DNA from: Candidatus Uhrbacteria bacterium CG_4_9_14_3_um_filter_41_35
GTDB lineage: Bacteria; Patescibacteriota; Patescibacteriia; UBA9934
DNA length: 64,000 nucleotides
Direction of reading: 5' to 3'
NCBI GenBank assembly: GCA_002791275.1
Contig: PFWT01000009.1
Location: 146,548 to 210,547 of the forward strand
Shown here: positions 1-9,761 of the stretch, in pieces
How the letters are laid out: every line of letters starts with the position of its first letter
Numbering within the stretch: position 1 is the first letter of the stretch
Position numbers and translations under genes: made by a program
Notes under the pieces: generated by a model
What the model was told of the DNA's origin: nothing
The model's database searches: none
Seen by the model: only the letters and a program-made list of their open reading frames with translations

Positions 1-522
1 CCAGTTATTATCAAATCTATTTACGGTACGCACGGTCGAGGTGTATTTCTAGCTGAATCACAACGCTCACTTAAACCGATTGTTGAATATCTAACAGTAA
101 AAGAAAAAGGTCCGGTTTCGGTTCAGGAATATATTAAGGAAGCCAAAGGTAAGGATCTCCGAGTTTTCGTACTTGGTAAAAAAATCGTTGCCACTATGGA
201 ACGTGTTGCGAAATCTGGTGAATTTAGAGCTAACTTCCACAAGGGTGGTAGTGTTGGCGTAGCTGACTTAAGCGCTGAAGAAAAGCGAATTTCTATCAAA
301 GCAACCCAGGTTCTTGGTCTTGATATATCTGGAGTTGATATTCTACGAACAAAGTCTGGTCCAAAGATTATCGAGGTAAACTCAAACCCAGGACTTGAAG
401 GAATTTCAAAGGCTTCTGGCATAAACGTGGCCGAAAAAATCGCGAACTTCATTGAACACCGAGTTGAAAAATACGGGCAAACAAGAAAAATTCCGCTTCC
501 AAAAAAACTAATGAAAGAATAG
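1..522 (+). CDS. RimK-family ATP-grasp ligase, 5'-truncated at window edge
   Basis: Frame 1 reads through from position 1 (PVIIKSIYGTHGRGVFLAESQ...). Contains ATP-grasp motifs including GEFRANFHKGG and EVNSNPGLEG. Confidence 0.7.
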   Translation, partial: PVIIKSIYGTHGRGVFLAESQRSLKPIVEYLTVKEKGPVSVQEYIKEAKGKDLRVFVLGKKIVATMERVAKSGEFRANFHKGGSVGVADLSAEEKRISIKATQVLGLDISGVDILRTKSGPKIIEVNSNPGLEGISKASGINVAEKIANFIEHRVEKYGQTRKIPLPKKLMKE

Positions 523-531
523 AAGAAGGCT

Positions 532-912
532 TTAAGCCTTCTTCTTTCTTTCGTTTAAATAATCATGGACAAGTTCAACGTCATGAAATATCTTTTGACG
601 CATTCTTTCTTTTGACTGCCAAGGGATTAACTCGCTCACTTTGAACAATAGCTCAACTTTAAGGTCTTCCCCTAAAAGGTCGCTATCGAGTTCGAATAAG
701 TGGACTTCAAATTTCACCGGATCGCCAACTCCGTAACAAACCACGCTCTCAAATTTTTGACCTTTGTACTCAGTGATCGCGGCATAAACGCCAGTATCAA
801 TATCCGGCTCCTTAATGAAGTGAAGATTAGCTGTTGGAAAATCATAATCCACACCCGCAATCCCATCACCGGCAACAACTTTTCCATGGAACTTAATACT
901 TTTTTCAGTCAT
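532..912 (-). CDS. monofunctional riboflavin kinase
   Basis: GKVVAGDGIAGVDYDFPTANL resembles the RibF kinase-domain GxVVxGxxxGRxLGFPTANL motif. At 126 aa it is a stand-alone kinase. Confidence 0.6.
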   Translation of the reverse strand: MTEKSIKFHGKVVAGDGIAGVDYDFPTANLHFIKEPDIDTGVYAAITEYKGQKFESVVCYGVGDPVKFEVHLFELDSDLLGEDLKVELLFKVSELIPWQSKERMRQKIFHDVELVHDYLNERKKKA

Positions 913-1106
913 TAGAAAGTTTCAATTAAAGTTTTCCATATATTTATAGCAAAAGTCTAACAAGAAACCGAAAATTTAGCCAGTAAATAAATAACTATTA
1001 CGCTAGAATTAGCCAACTTCTCTAAGGGGGATATTTGTGCTAGGCTTGACATAAGTGGAGTTTTAGGGTAAGTTCAGCGGTCATTTACTTCATATAGGAG
1101 GAAAGA

Positions 1107-1445
1107 ATGATTGAAACACCAGTGATGTGGAGCATTATGCTCTACGTCAAAATCAAAACGCTCGGCAAGAGCGTTAACAGGACGAAGCTGCGCTTCGTGT
1201 ACACAACACTGTTGTGCTACACGATGGATAGCACGCAAATCGGGGAGATGACAAGTTCGTCATCGACTCACAGGCACATCAAAACGGTCAAGGATCTCAT
1301 CGATCACTTGACCGAAACGGAGGAGGTTCATATGGAGCGCGTTATCAAAAAAAACGCGCTCGAATGGGACCAACGCGTTAAGCGCTGGTTCGGAGAAAAA
1401 AACACGGAAAACCTCCGTGAACAGAGTTTGTTCTCCAGAGAATAA
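1107..1445 (+). CDS. hypothetical protein
   Basis: TTGACA-17-TAAGTT promoter at 1046-1074 and AGGAGG 5 nt before the ATG. The ORF ends just before a terminator hairpin. No recognisable domain. Confidence 0.5.
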   Translation: MIETPVMWSIMLYVKIKTLGKSVNRTKLRFVYTTLLCYTMDSTQIGEMTSSSSTHRHIKTVKDLIDHLTETEEVHMERVIKKNALEWDQRVKRWFGEKNTENLREQSLFSRE

Positions 1446-1451
1446 ACAAAA

Positions 1452-1484
1452 GAGCGGTCCCACTAAGGACCGCTCTATTTTTTA
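1452..1484. terminator. bidirectional intrinsic terminator
   Basis: gagcggtcc-cactaa-ggaccgctc hairpin followed by a T-run. It sits between convergent genes. Confidence 0.6.
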
Positions 1485-2054
1485 TGATGTTATTCCTTTG
1501 ATTCCCCCACTTTTTTGTGCTCGTGGTGCTTTAATTCTATCTTTTGAAGAACCTCTACCCACTTCCTGATCCTGTACCATAGCATTTTCCACAGTTAGAA
1601 TTGCCGATACCATATTTTGCTCGTCGATCTCATTCTGTTTCTGTGTGATTTTTTGCTCTAAGTCTCGAGCTGTTTTATTTCCAACTATTCTTGACCAGAA
1701 AGTTTTTGGTGCCTGTTTTGCATCTGCTAATTGTGCCTCTAATTTAGCAAGCTCACCCTGCAATTTTTCAACCTTTTGTTTAGCTTCTGAATAGGCTTTT
1801 TGCTGTTCCAAAGTAATACCTTTTTCAGCTGTTTCCGTTGCCGCATAAAGTCCTTCAAGCGCCTCCATTTCTCTTTCCGCCTTTTCAGCGTCTAGTGCCT
1901 CTGCTTCTGCACTTTCTAAAGCTATGCTCTTAGCATGTTCATCAAGTGATTCGTCAAAAAAATCAACTTCATCTTGAGGGCCTCTTTCTTTAGACTTTTT
2001 GAATTCACGATTCTCTCGTGGACTTTCCATTCCTGTAACGCCACCAACTACCAT
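1482..2054 (-). CDS. coiled-coil hypothetical protein
   Basis: Long E/A/K/Q-rich heptad-like sequence with no catalytic motifs. Confidence 0.5.
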   Translation of the reverse strand: MVVGGVTGMESPRENREFKKSKERGPQDEVDFFDESLDEHAKSIALESAEAEALDAEKAEREMEALEGLYAATETAEKGITLEQQKAYSEAKQKVEKLQGELAKLEAQLADAKQAPKTFWSRIVGNKTARDLEQKITQKQNEIDEQNMVSAILTVENAMVQDQEVGRGSSKDRIKAPRAQKSGGIKGITS

Positions 2055-2106
2055 ATAATTATTGATTAAAGGTATTAATTACTATTAGCTTAACAAATAC
2101 ACAGTA

Positions 2107-2132
2107 TTTTGTGAATAGTCTTATTCACAAAA
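2107..2132. promoter_or_regulatory. perfect 26-bp palindrome (candidate operator) upstream of glmS
   Basis: ttttgtgaata-gtc-ttattcacaaaa, with 11-bp perfect arms. Confidence 0.4.
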
Positions 2133-2138
2133 TAACCT

Positions 2139-2167
2139 TTGACGACAGACGGTTTTTTTCGTAGAAT
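2139..2167 (+). promoter_or_regulatory. sigma70-like promoter for glmS
   Basis: TTGACG, a 17-nt spacer, then TAGAAT, about 80 nt upstream of the glmS ATG. Confidence 0.55.
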
Positions 2168-2247
2168 GCGCCCATAGCATGATTTGTTTGATAGAAAATT
2201 TCAATATCAACATTATTGTACTCTTACTTTCTTATAACCCCTAAATT

Positions 2248-4074
2248 ATGTGCGGAATCGTTGGATTTATTGGTAAGGAACCGGCAGTTGGTCATCTACT
2301 TAGTGGGCTGACTATTTTAGAAAATAGAGGCTACGACTCAGCTGGAATTACAACTATAGACTCAAACGGCGAACTCGTAACCACAAAATTCGCTAGTGTT
2401 GGCAGTACAAGCGACGCAATTGAAGCACTTCGGTCTAAAAAAGATGTACACGGCTCACACCCTGTTGGAATCGCCCACACTCGCTGGGCTACGCATGGCG
2501 GAAAGACGGATGCAAACGCTCACCCGCACCACGATTATAAAGACCGGATCTCGCTAGTTCATAACGGGGTTATTGAAAACGCCAATAAACTCCGAGAACA
2601 GCTAAAATCAAAAGGTATTGCTTTTAAATCAGAAACCGATACCGAGGTAATCTCGCAGTTAATCGGTAGCTATTTAGACCACGGCACACCACTCATTGGT
2701 GCTATTAAGGGCGCACTGAGTGAGCTTGAGGGAACTTGGGGTTTGGTTATTATTAGTAAAGAGGCGCCAGATCAAATTATCGCAGCCAGAAACGGTAGTC
2801 CGATTGTGGTTGGAATTGGTCAGGGCCGAATGTTTGTGGCTTCAGAACCAGCGGCGTTTGGTCAATTTACAAAGGACTTTATCGCTCTTGATAATGGAGA
2901 GATCGCCATAATTAAAACAACTGGTCACTCACTCGACCTTTCCCGTGTTGAAAAAGCACCAGACGAAATCATTCACGATTCACCAGACCCATTTCCCCAC
3001 TGGACGATTCGCGAAATTACTGAGCAACCTGAAGCTATTTCTCGAGCCTTAAATTACGGCGGACGAATTAAAGATGATGCCAACGTAAAACTCGGCGGAC
3101 TGGATGTGAAGGCTGATTGGTTAATGTCGATTAAACATCTCGTTATTGCAGCTTGCGGAACCAGCTACCACTCTGCGCTCTATGGCGCTAGAGTAATGCG
3201 TTCACTTGGCGCTTTTGATACGATTCAGGTTTTTGACGCCGCGGAAATGAGCCGAGACAACTTTCCTAAAGCAGATGGTGGACTTTTGGTAATCTCACAG
3301 TCAGGAGAAACCAAAGACGTACACCGCGTGGTAGTTAATGCTGAAAAGTCTGGTATCCCTTGCTTTTCAATCGTTAACGCAGTTGGTTCATTAATTGCAA
3401 GACAGACTGAGTGCGGTGTTTATCTAAACGCTGGCCGAGAACACGCTGTGGCGTCTACCAAGGCTTTCGTAACTCAGGTGACAGTGCTTAGCCTGATCGC
3501 CAATTGGTTCGCTCAGAATCGAGATACGGAAGAACAGCAACGGAGACGACTTATTGAAAGCATTCACCGTCTACCAACCAGCGTTGGTATGTCGATCGGA
3601 GTTCGGGAGCAGTGTAAAGCGATCGCTGAGAAATTGATCGACGCCGAACACTGTTTTGTGCTCGGTAAAGGTTTTGCTGAACCAATCGCCCGTGAAGGCG
3701 CACTCAAAATTAAGGAAATTACCTATTTACACGCTGAAGGCTACCCAGGTGGCGCACTCAAGCACGGTCCATTTGCGCTTATCGAGGAAGGGACGCCAAT
3801 TATTCTAATGATCCTCGACGACTCACACGCTCACTTCATGCGCACCGCAGCCGAAGAGGTGCGTGCGCGAGGAGCATACACGATTGTTATTACCGATAAA
3901 AAAGAACTGGCAGAAGGCGTAGCTGATGACGTGATAGTTATTCCAAACGACGGTCCAATGACCGCCCTTCTCTCAGTTGTCCCAATGCAACTCATCGCTT
4001 ACGAGCTAGCAGTGCTCCGAGGCATTAACCCAGACAAACCAAGAAACCTAGCAAAAGCGGTTACAGTAGATTAA
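2248..4074 (+). CDS. glmS: glutamine--fructose-6-phosphate aminotransferase
   Basis: N-terminal MCGIVGFIG (Ntn Cys1), two SIS domains and full 608-aa length. Confidence 0.95.
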   Translation: MCGIVGFIGKEPAVGHLLSGLTILENRGYDSAGITTIDSNGELVTTKFASVGSTSDAIEALRSKKDVHGSHPVGIAHTRWATHGGKTDANAHPHHDYKDRISLVHNGVIENANKLREQLKSKGIAFKSETDTEVISQLIGSYLDHGTPLIGAIKGALSELEGTWGLVIISKEAPDQIIAARNGSPIVVGIGQGRMFVASEPAAFGQFTKDFIALDNGEIAIIKTTGHSLDLSRVEKAPDEIIHDSPDPFPHWTIREITEQPEAISRALNYGGRIKDDANVKLGGLDVKADWLMSIKHLVIAACGTSYHSALYGARVMRSLGAFDTIQVFDAAEMSRDNFPKADGGLLVISQSGETKDVHRVVVNAEKSGIPCFSIVNAVGSLIARQTECGVYLNAGREHAVASTKAFVTQVTVLSLIANWFAQNRDTEEQQRRRLIESIHRLPTSVGMSIGVREQCKAIAEKLIDAEHCFVLGKGFAEPIAREGALKIKEITYLHAEGYPGGALKHGPFALIEEGTPIILMILDDSHAHFMRTAAEEVRARGAYTIVITDKKELAEGVADDVIVIPNDGPMTALLSVVPMQLIAYELAVLRGINPDKPRNLAKAVTVD

Positions 4075-4133
4075 ATAGTGTTAAGAGTTTAGCGCAATAA
4101 GGGTGATCAATGACAAAAAGAAACCACAAACCC

Positions 4134-4454
4134 CGTCATTCTGAGGTGAACGTGGATCACACCGAAGAATCTAGTGATAAATTACTAAGTAAATGTCGGT
4201 TAAGCACAGAGCGAAGGAGATCCTTCAGCATGAATCAGCACCCGCTTCAGGATGACGGTATGAGTGAAATGCGGTTTATTTAAGGCGACAGGAAATATAA
4301 ATTACACAATCACACAAACCTCGTCATTCTGAGCCTAGCGTGAATCACGGCGAAGAATCTCAGTGTTGAATTACAGCGTAAACAAGTTTCTGTTTTGTAA
4401 AGAGCGAAGGAGATCCTTTAGCGTAATCTGGCGCTCGCTTCAGGATGACGGTAT
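4134..4454. repeat. intergenic palindromic repeat cluster 1 (A'-B'-A'-B', about 190-nt tandem period)
   Basis: The 38-nt unit cgtcattctgag..ccgaagaatct occurs twice and the 50-nt unit cgaaggagatcc..cttcaggatgacggtat occurs twice. Units are reverse-complement to those in clusters 2 and 3. Confidence 0.8.
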
Positions 4455-4502
4455 AGGTGTGGGTCGAAATAATACAGGTATATTTTAGATCATATTAAAA
4501 CA

Positions 4503-4536
4503 AATAGGAGACCGCAGGCGGTCTCCTATTTGTTTT
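4503..4536. terminator. bidirectional intrinsic terminator
   Basis: aaataggagaccgc..gcggtctcctattt long perfect stem flanked by T-rich runs on both strands. Confidence 0.65.
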
Positions 4537-4621
4537 AAACTCCAACCCTTATTCGCCCGAAAAGGGTGTGTATAAAATATCAGCCTGTATCTATAAGTTA
4601 AATAACTCAAAAACCCTCTCC

Positions 4622-5914
4622 TTATTCATTAAGCCATTTTGGCTCCTGCCGTACCAAAACCTCTGGTGCGCTTAGCGGTTCTGCCATAATATCCTTCACC
4701 ACTTTTTCCATTCGAGCTGACTGTGAGCCCTTTACAAAAACAATGTCACCTTGTTGAACAATGCGATCTAAGTAACGCCCAGCTTCTTCGCTAGTCCCAA
4801 ACCACTCAATACTTTCAGCTCCCATTCCTGCTTCTTTGGCAGAATCTACAGCGCTATGCATAACTTCACCAACCGCCACAAAAATGTCGGCGCTTGTTGC
4901 CACTTGTAAACCGATCATTCTGTGTTCATCGTCTGAATATTGACCGAGTTCTGCCATAGCTCCTAAAACCGCAATCCGACGGTCAACTTCTTCACCTGGC
5001 CTAAACATTTTTAAAATTTTCAGACCGTTTTGCATTGAAGTTGGCGCCGCGTTGTACGAATCATCGATAATAAGTGAACCTTTTATTCCTGGAATTGGGT
5101 TGAGTCGCCCAGGTACCGCGCCGTAATGTTTATTCAGCTCCTTAACCGCGTTCATAACACCAATACCCAAATAGTCAGCTACGGCAATCGCAGCTGCACA
5201 GGCCATTGCTGGCGCGTAGCCGAGTTTATTTTTGAGTTTAAGTTGAGCAATTACTGTACCGTTATGCTCGATGTAAGCGCTAGTGTGCGCAAACACTTCA
5301 CCAGGCTCAAAACTCTCATCCTCTCTAGTTGAGATTGTAATATCCTGAAGCTGGTAATCACTGGCAGTAACTCCGTAAGTCAAAACAGACGCTGTAGTTT
5401 TCTGAGCCATTGCCGATACTCGTTTATCGTCCACGTTCAAAACCGCTAAATTGTCCGAAGCTAAAAAGCCAACAATTGAAGCTTTTTCAGCTGCGATTTC
5501 TTCAATGTTTGTGAAGTATTCTGCGTGAACACTCGAGACTCCAGTCACCACCGCAATACTTGGTTTGGCAATTCCACACAACTTTCCAATATCCCCTGGA
5601 TGATCTGCGCCGTATTCAAGCAAAAGCACGTCTGGCAGTCTCTTCACTTTTCGCGCCCGATTCAGTAACCGAAGCCAGCCCCAAATTGATTTACCGGGAC
5701 TGTTTTCACCTAAAATTGAAAGCGGTACGCCAATTTCATTATTATAATTTTTAACAGTTGATCTTAGGTTAACATAAGGCTCAAGCGCTACCTTAATCGC
5801 TTCTTTTGTTGAAGTTTTACCAACCGAACCGGTTACCGCGATAATAATTGGTTTATGTTTATTCACCAGTTTTCTAACCCTGTTCTGAAGTTTTTTTATT
5901 AAAAATTGTTTCAT
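4622..5914 (-). CDS. murF: UDP-N-acetylmuramoyl-tripeptide--D-alanyl-D-alanine ligase (short form)
   Basis: IIAVTGSVGKTSTKE P-loop and NYNNEIGVPLSIL, the MurF-type GNxNNxIGVPL motif. At 430 aa it lacks the N-terminal domain. Confidence 0.75.
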   Translation of the reverse strand: MKQFLIKKLQNRVRKLVNKHKPIIIAVTGSVGKTSTKEAIKVALEPYVNLRSTVKNYNNEIGVPLSILGENSPGKSIWGWLRLLNRARKVKRLPDVLLLEYGADHPGDIGKLCGIAKPSIAVVTGVSSVHAEYFTNIEEIAAEKASIVGFLASDNLAVLNVDDKRVSAMAQKTTASVLTYGVTASDYQLQDITISTREDESFEPGEVFAHTSAYIEHNGTVIAQLKLKNKLGYAPAMACAAAIAVADYLGIGVMNAVKELNKHYGAVPGRLNPIPGIKGSLIIDDSYNAAPTSMQNGLKILKMFRPGEEVDRRIAVLGAMAELGQYSDDEHRMIGLQVATSADIFVAVGEVMHSAVDSAKEAGMGAESIEWFGTSEEAGRYLDRIVQQGDIVFVKGSQSARMEKVVKDIMAEPLSAPEVLVRQEPKWLNE

Positions 5915-5939
5915 ATTGTTTATTATATCTTATCCTACT

Positions 5940-7889
5940 TTAGCCTGCCACCTCAAGCGATCTTGTTGGCGGAACCTGCATATACTGAAGCAAAAAACTA
6001 GCTGTATCGCCGAAAATAGCGGCTGATGTGTACTCAGCCCAAGTCGAAGCCCTTGGATGGTCCAGCATAATCACCATCACAAATGCTGGATCCTCAACCG
6101 GACCATAGCCCGCAAAAGTAGCTTTTGTGTAGTCACCAGGAAAATAACCTCCCCCATTTTCTTTAGCCACCTGTGCGGTTCCAGTTTTTCCCGCTATATA
6201 GTAACCCGGTACCTTTGCTAAATGTGAATGACCATTTTCGACCACCGATACTAACATTGCGCTAATTGTGGTTGATGTCTTTTTTGAAATTACCTGCCGA
6301 ACAACCTGTGGTTTAGTTTCCTCCACTCTACCATCGGCATAGCGTTTTTCAGACACGATATACGGTTTCATTAAAGTCCCGCCATTTGCCAGCGCTGAAT
6401 ATGCAGATGCTAATTGTAAAGGGGTTACGGTAATTCCCTGACCATAACTCGCAGTAGCAAAATAAATATCCGAAATTTTATCAAGGGAAGCTAAATTTCC
6501 TGCCCTCTCATTTATAAGTTCGATCCCTGAGGCAATGCCAAAACCAAAATCGTGTGAATATTTACGCATCGCCTCTTGACCCATTTCTCGCATAGCGAAA
6601 ATCATCCCAGTATTTAAAGACTTTTCAAGGACCTCGGTCATAGTTTGAATACCGTTCGCTTTTTTATTGGAGTTTCTAATTGTGTACTCTTCAAGCTTTA
6701 CTTCCCCAGTGTCGTCGTAGGTCGTGTTTGGAGTAACTGCCCCAACATCAAGAGCAGCTGCCATTACAATAGGTTTATAGACACTACCCGGTTCGTACGG
6801 TGTCGAGATGGCGTCATTGTTATACACACCAATATCATCAACCATATTATAAATATTTGGATCAAAATCAGGCACATTACAAAGTGCTAAAATTTTACCG
6901 GTTTTAGGCTCCATGATTACCAAACTTCCACTATCTGCATCGAAGCGTTCAACTCCTTCTCTTAATTTTTTACAGGCAATATATTGAATGGTTCGATCAA
7001 CTGTGATTAACAAGTCTCCCCCGTCAATCGCTGGTTCAAAAGTTCTTTTACCAACACCAATCCAACGACCAGAAGCATCGGTTTCAGTATTCAGAAAACC
7101 ATTTTCTCCAGCTAAAAATTTATCAAAATAACCTTCAAGTCCATAGAATCCTTCTTTTCCGCCATCGTTATTTCGCCCGACAAAACCAAAAATCTGTCCA
7201 CCAAGATTTGATTCTGGATAAGACCTTGTTTCTTCTAGAACATAATCAATACCCAGGATATCGAGCGCTAATATTTTTTGAAGCGTGTCGTCGTCCACGT
7301 TGCGCGCCACTGGCTCGTACGGGTCGTCACTTTTAGAAAGTCTGGCCAGTAATAGTTCATACTCACTTGGCCCAGTCTCTTCCCCTGTGGCTGTTGTAGT
7401 AGCATCTTGCGCTCCGACCTCAGTTTCTGTTTGAGCAGTGGTCTCCACTTGCGTTTCATCGCCAAATACACCGTCTAAAATTTGAGCTGTTTTTGGAATA
7501 TTAGTGGCTTCTATATTTCGATCGGTAGGTGTGTTTATAACAATTTCATAACCAAGCAGTCTAGCTATCGACTTTGTAGCTTCAACCGGATCTTCAATTT
7601 TTCTAGGATTTGCAAAAATAAAAGCCTTAGGTTCGTTGGTAGCTGCCAGGTATTCATCCTCTCCGCGCCAGTCTTTAACATAAATACTCCCCCTAGACGC
7701 AAACAACTCTTCGTAAAAAGAGTGCTGTCCTTCGGACATGGTTTGGTAAAAATCTGCGTTTACGATCTGTAAAGAAAATAATCTAAAAATAATCACAAAC
7801 GTAAACAGTCCGAAAAATATTCGGATCGATTGCAAACGCCAGTCCCGAGCCTCTGTTCTGTTTTTATACTTAGCTATCGCCATAGCCAA
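5940..7889 (-). CDS. class B penicillin-binding protein (FtsI/PBP2-type transpeptidase)
   Basis: N-terminal TM helix, SVYKP (SxxK), KSLNTG (SxN-like) and KTGTA motifs. Confidence 0.85.
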   Translation of the reverse strand: MAMAIAKYKNRTEARDWRLQSIRIFFGLFTFVIIFRLFSLQIVNADFYQTMSEGQHSFYEELFASRGSIYVKDWRGEDEYLAATNEPKAFIFANPRKIEDPVEATKSIARLLGYEIVINTPTDRNIEATNIPKTAQILDGVFGDETQVETTAQTETEVGAQDATTTATGEETGPSEYELLLARLSKSDDPYEPVARNVDDDTLQKILALDILGIDYVLEETRSYPESNLGGQIFGFVGRNNDGGKEGFYGLEGYFDKFLAGENGFLNTETDASGRWIGVGKRTFEPAIDGGDLLITVDRTIQYIACKKLREGVERFDADSGSLVIMEPKTGKILALCNVPDFDPNIYNMVDDIGVYNNDAISTPYEPGSVYKPIVMAAALDVGAVTPNTTYDDTGEVKLEEYTIRNSNKKANGIQTMTEVLEKSLNTGMIFAMREMGQEAMRKYSHDFGFGIASGIELINERAGNLASLDKISDIYFATASYGQGITVTPLQLASAYSALANGGTLMKPYIVSEKRYADGRVEETKPQVVRQVISKKTSTTISAMLVSVVENGHSHLAKVPGYYIAGKTGTAQVAKENGGGYFPGDYTKATFAGYGPVEDPAFVMVIMLDHPRASTWAEYTSAAIFGDTASFLLQYMQVPPTRSLEVAG

Positions 7890-7938
7890 TCTATTTTAAC
7901 ACAAAACAGGACTTCGTAGTCCTGTTTTGTTGAAAAGT

Positions 7939-8370
7939 TTAAGCTTCTTGCAATTCGTCTTCTGAAATTTTGTGGCCAACTGATGCGACAACTTCCCCGC
8001 CAACGATATATTCGGTTACTCTTAAAACAGTACCTTCGTTATTTTCAAATTCACGGTAAGAAATTTTATCTAGTTCCTCGCCATCATCTTTAATTTTTCC
8101 TGCAGTTTCATAAGAGAACTCATAATCGTCACCCCCGTAAACTGCTACATCAGATTCACCATCGATCTCCTCTTCAATATCGGTGAATAAAATTATTTCT
8201 TCTGCATCTTGGTCAAGTGACAGCCACATATCTCCACCATCCTTAATCCAAAAAACCTTTTCTCCGGTTTCCAAACTGACCTCGTCGATTTGACGTGTCT
8301 CAAAAGTAGTACCAGCAACAATAATCGGTTCTTCGTTTAATATTTTTTCTAATGCTTCTTCGATATTCAT
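7939..8370 (-). CDS. acidic hypothetical protein
   Basis: 143-aa ORF, highly D/E-rich, with no recognisable motif. Confidence 0.45.
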   Translation of the reverse strand: MNIEEALEKILNEEPIIVAGTTFETRQIDEVSLETGEKVFWIKDGGDMWLSLDQDAEEIILFTDIEEEIDGESDVAVYGGDDYEFSYETAGKIKDDGEELDKISYREFENNEGTVLRVTEYIVGGEVVASVGHKISEDELQEA

Positions 8371-8448
8371 AAGTATTTTATTGTCAGGTTAGTATAACAA
8401 CATTTATATAGATGTAAACAAGTAAATTATCCACAAACTAAAATTAAA

Positions 8449-9030
8449 TTAAAAATCAATTCCTTCACGCGCCGGTACTCCGGAGTAGAAATAGTGGCGC
8501 TCAGAGCCAACATTTGAAATCAGATTAGCTTCTATTAAAAACTCCGGTGCCGGGTTTCGGCCAGTTAAAACAACTTCCACCCCTTTATTTCTGCTCTTTA
8601 ATACACTAAGCACCACGCTGACGTCAAGCATACCCAAATCAGTTGTTGAATTTATCTCATCGAGCACCACTAAATCATAGTCACCAGTGGTTAAATCCTG
8701 CCGTGCTATTTGCAGTCCACGCTCAGCTTCATCCCTATCTACTTGCTGAATTGAAAAATCAAAGCGTCCAGTAATAGAATGAATCCGGTCCCGACCAGTT
8801 ACTGTGTAATCAATATTTTGAATCTGATCCAAAATCGCTCGTTCACTGTAATGCCCAGCGCCACCCTTATCAAAATATATAATCTTCACCCGTCGACCAG
8901 AACCGGCACACCGAATCGCTGTTCCAAGCGCCGAGGTCGTCTTCCCCTTACCTTCGCCATGCAAAATATGAATAAGACCATAACCCTTAAAACCACGAAT
9001 CCGCTCATCCATTTTGGGTTGTTCTACCAT
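8449..9030 (-). CDS. cobA: cob(I)yrinic acid a,c-diamide / cob(I)alamin adenosyltransferase (CobA/BtuR family)
   Basis: GEGKGKTTSALGTAIRCAGSGRRVKIIYFDKG, VLDE, LTGR and a C-terminal GIDF, which is co-linear with E. coli BtuR. Confidence 0.75.
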   Translation of the reverse strand: MVEQPKMDERIRGFKGYGLIHILHGEGKGKTTSALGTAIRCAGSGRRVKIIYFDKGGAGHYSERAILDQIQNIDYTVTGRDRIHSITGRFDFSIQQVDRDEAERGLQIARQDLTTGDYDLVVLDEINSTTDLGMLDVSVVLSVLKSRNKGVEVVLTGRNPAPEFLIEANLISNVGSERHYFYSGVPAREGIDF

Positions 9031-9031
9031 A

Positions 9032-9655
9032 TTACATTTTTTTAATTACAGTCAGTAACTCTTTCACCTTATGAACGACACAAACGGGCGCTCCTAGTTT
9101 TAAAGTCGGTTCTGCTTGATAACCCCAATTAACAGCAATCGCTTGCACGCCTGTCGATTTAGCTTCTTCAATATCACCCAAAGTATCCGTTATAAACAGC
9201 ACCTCGTTTGGCGTGATATTGTACTTTTCTAAATAAGCCATTATTTTTCGTCTTTTGTTTTTATCAATATCACCGCCATACACACTTTCGAAATAATCTA
9301 AGTCATATTTTTTTAGATATCTAGTAATGGGCTCAGAAATTGTTGATGAAATTATACTCATCTGATGCATTTTTACTAATTCAGCAAGCACTTCCTTAAT
9401 ACCTTTCACCGGTTCAATCTCTAAAAGTAGTGGCACATATTTCTTAAAAAACGGATCATTTTCGTCCAAAATATTATCTTCCTGATTTTGATGCATTAAT
9501 ACATCAATCTCTTTCGTGTCGTAGATATTGCCGTTAAAACGAGCCCGATACTCGTTTTCAGACATTTTGTTTGTTAAAAATAAGTTAGTAGTTTCAAACG
9601 CAATTTGAAAAGAATCAACTATAACGCCATCAAAATCGAATAACAGATGTTTCAT
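9032..9655 (-). CDS. HAD-superfamily hydrolase
   Basis: MKHLLFDFDGVIVDS (DxDG motif I). The start is probably this internal Met; the ORF track extends it to 9703. Confidence 0.7.
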   Translation of the reverse strand: MKHLLFDFDGVIVDSFQIAFETTNLFLTNKMSENEYRARFNGNIYDTKEIDVLMHQNQEDNILDENDPFFKKYVPLLLEIEPVKGIKEVLAELVKMHQMSIISSTISEPITRYLKKYDLDYFESVYGGDIDKNKRRKIMAYLEKYNITPNEVLFITDTLGDIEEAKSTGVQAIAVNWGYQAEPTLKLGAPVCVVHKVKELLTVIKKM

Positions 9656-9699
9656 AGGGCTTAATTTTAACAGACTGCGATAAATTAAAAAAATTATTA

Positions 9700-9741
9700 T
9701 CAACCAAGAAAATCAAAGACGAGGCTAAAGCCCCGTCTTTG
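9700..9741 (-). terminator. intrinsic terminator after nrdJ
   Basis: caaagacg..cgtctttg hairpin followed by U-rich tract on minus strand. Confidence 0.5.
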
Positions 9742-9761
9742 ATTTGTCGTAAAAGCTCAGT

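Noticed and set aside
1260-1463. Minus-strand 67-aa ORF overlapping 1107..1445
   Set aside because: The plus-strand gene has a strong promoter and an AGGAGG RBS. The minus ORF runs through the terminator hairpin.
2168-2247. glmS ribozyme in glmS leader
   Set aside because: The leader is only about 80 nt and lacks the conserved ribozyme core.
4134-4454. Possible CRISPR array (repeated units in intergenic DNA; also at 46150-46469 and 55659-56090)
   Set aside because: There are two different unit types, and copies differ in their centres. Spacing is irregular, one locus is a tandem duplication of about 190 nt, and no cas genes are present. This fits REP/MITE-like palindromic elements better.
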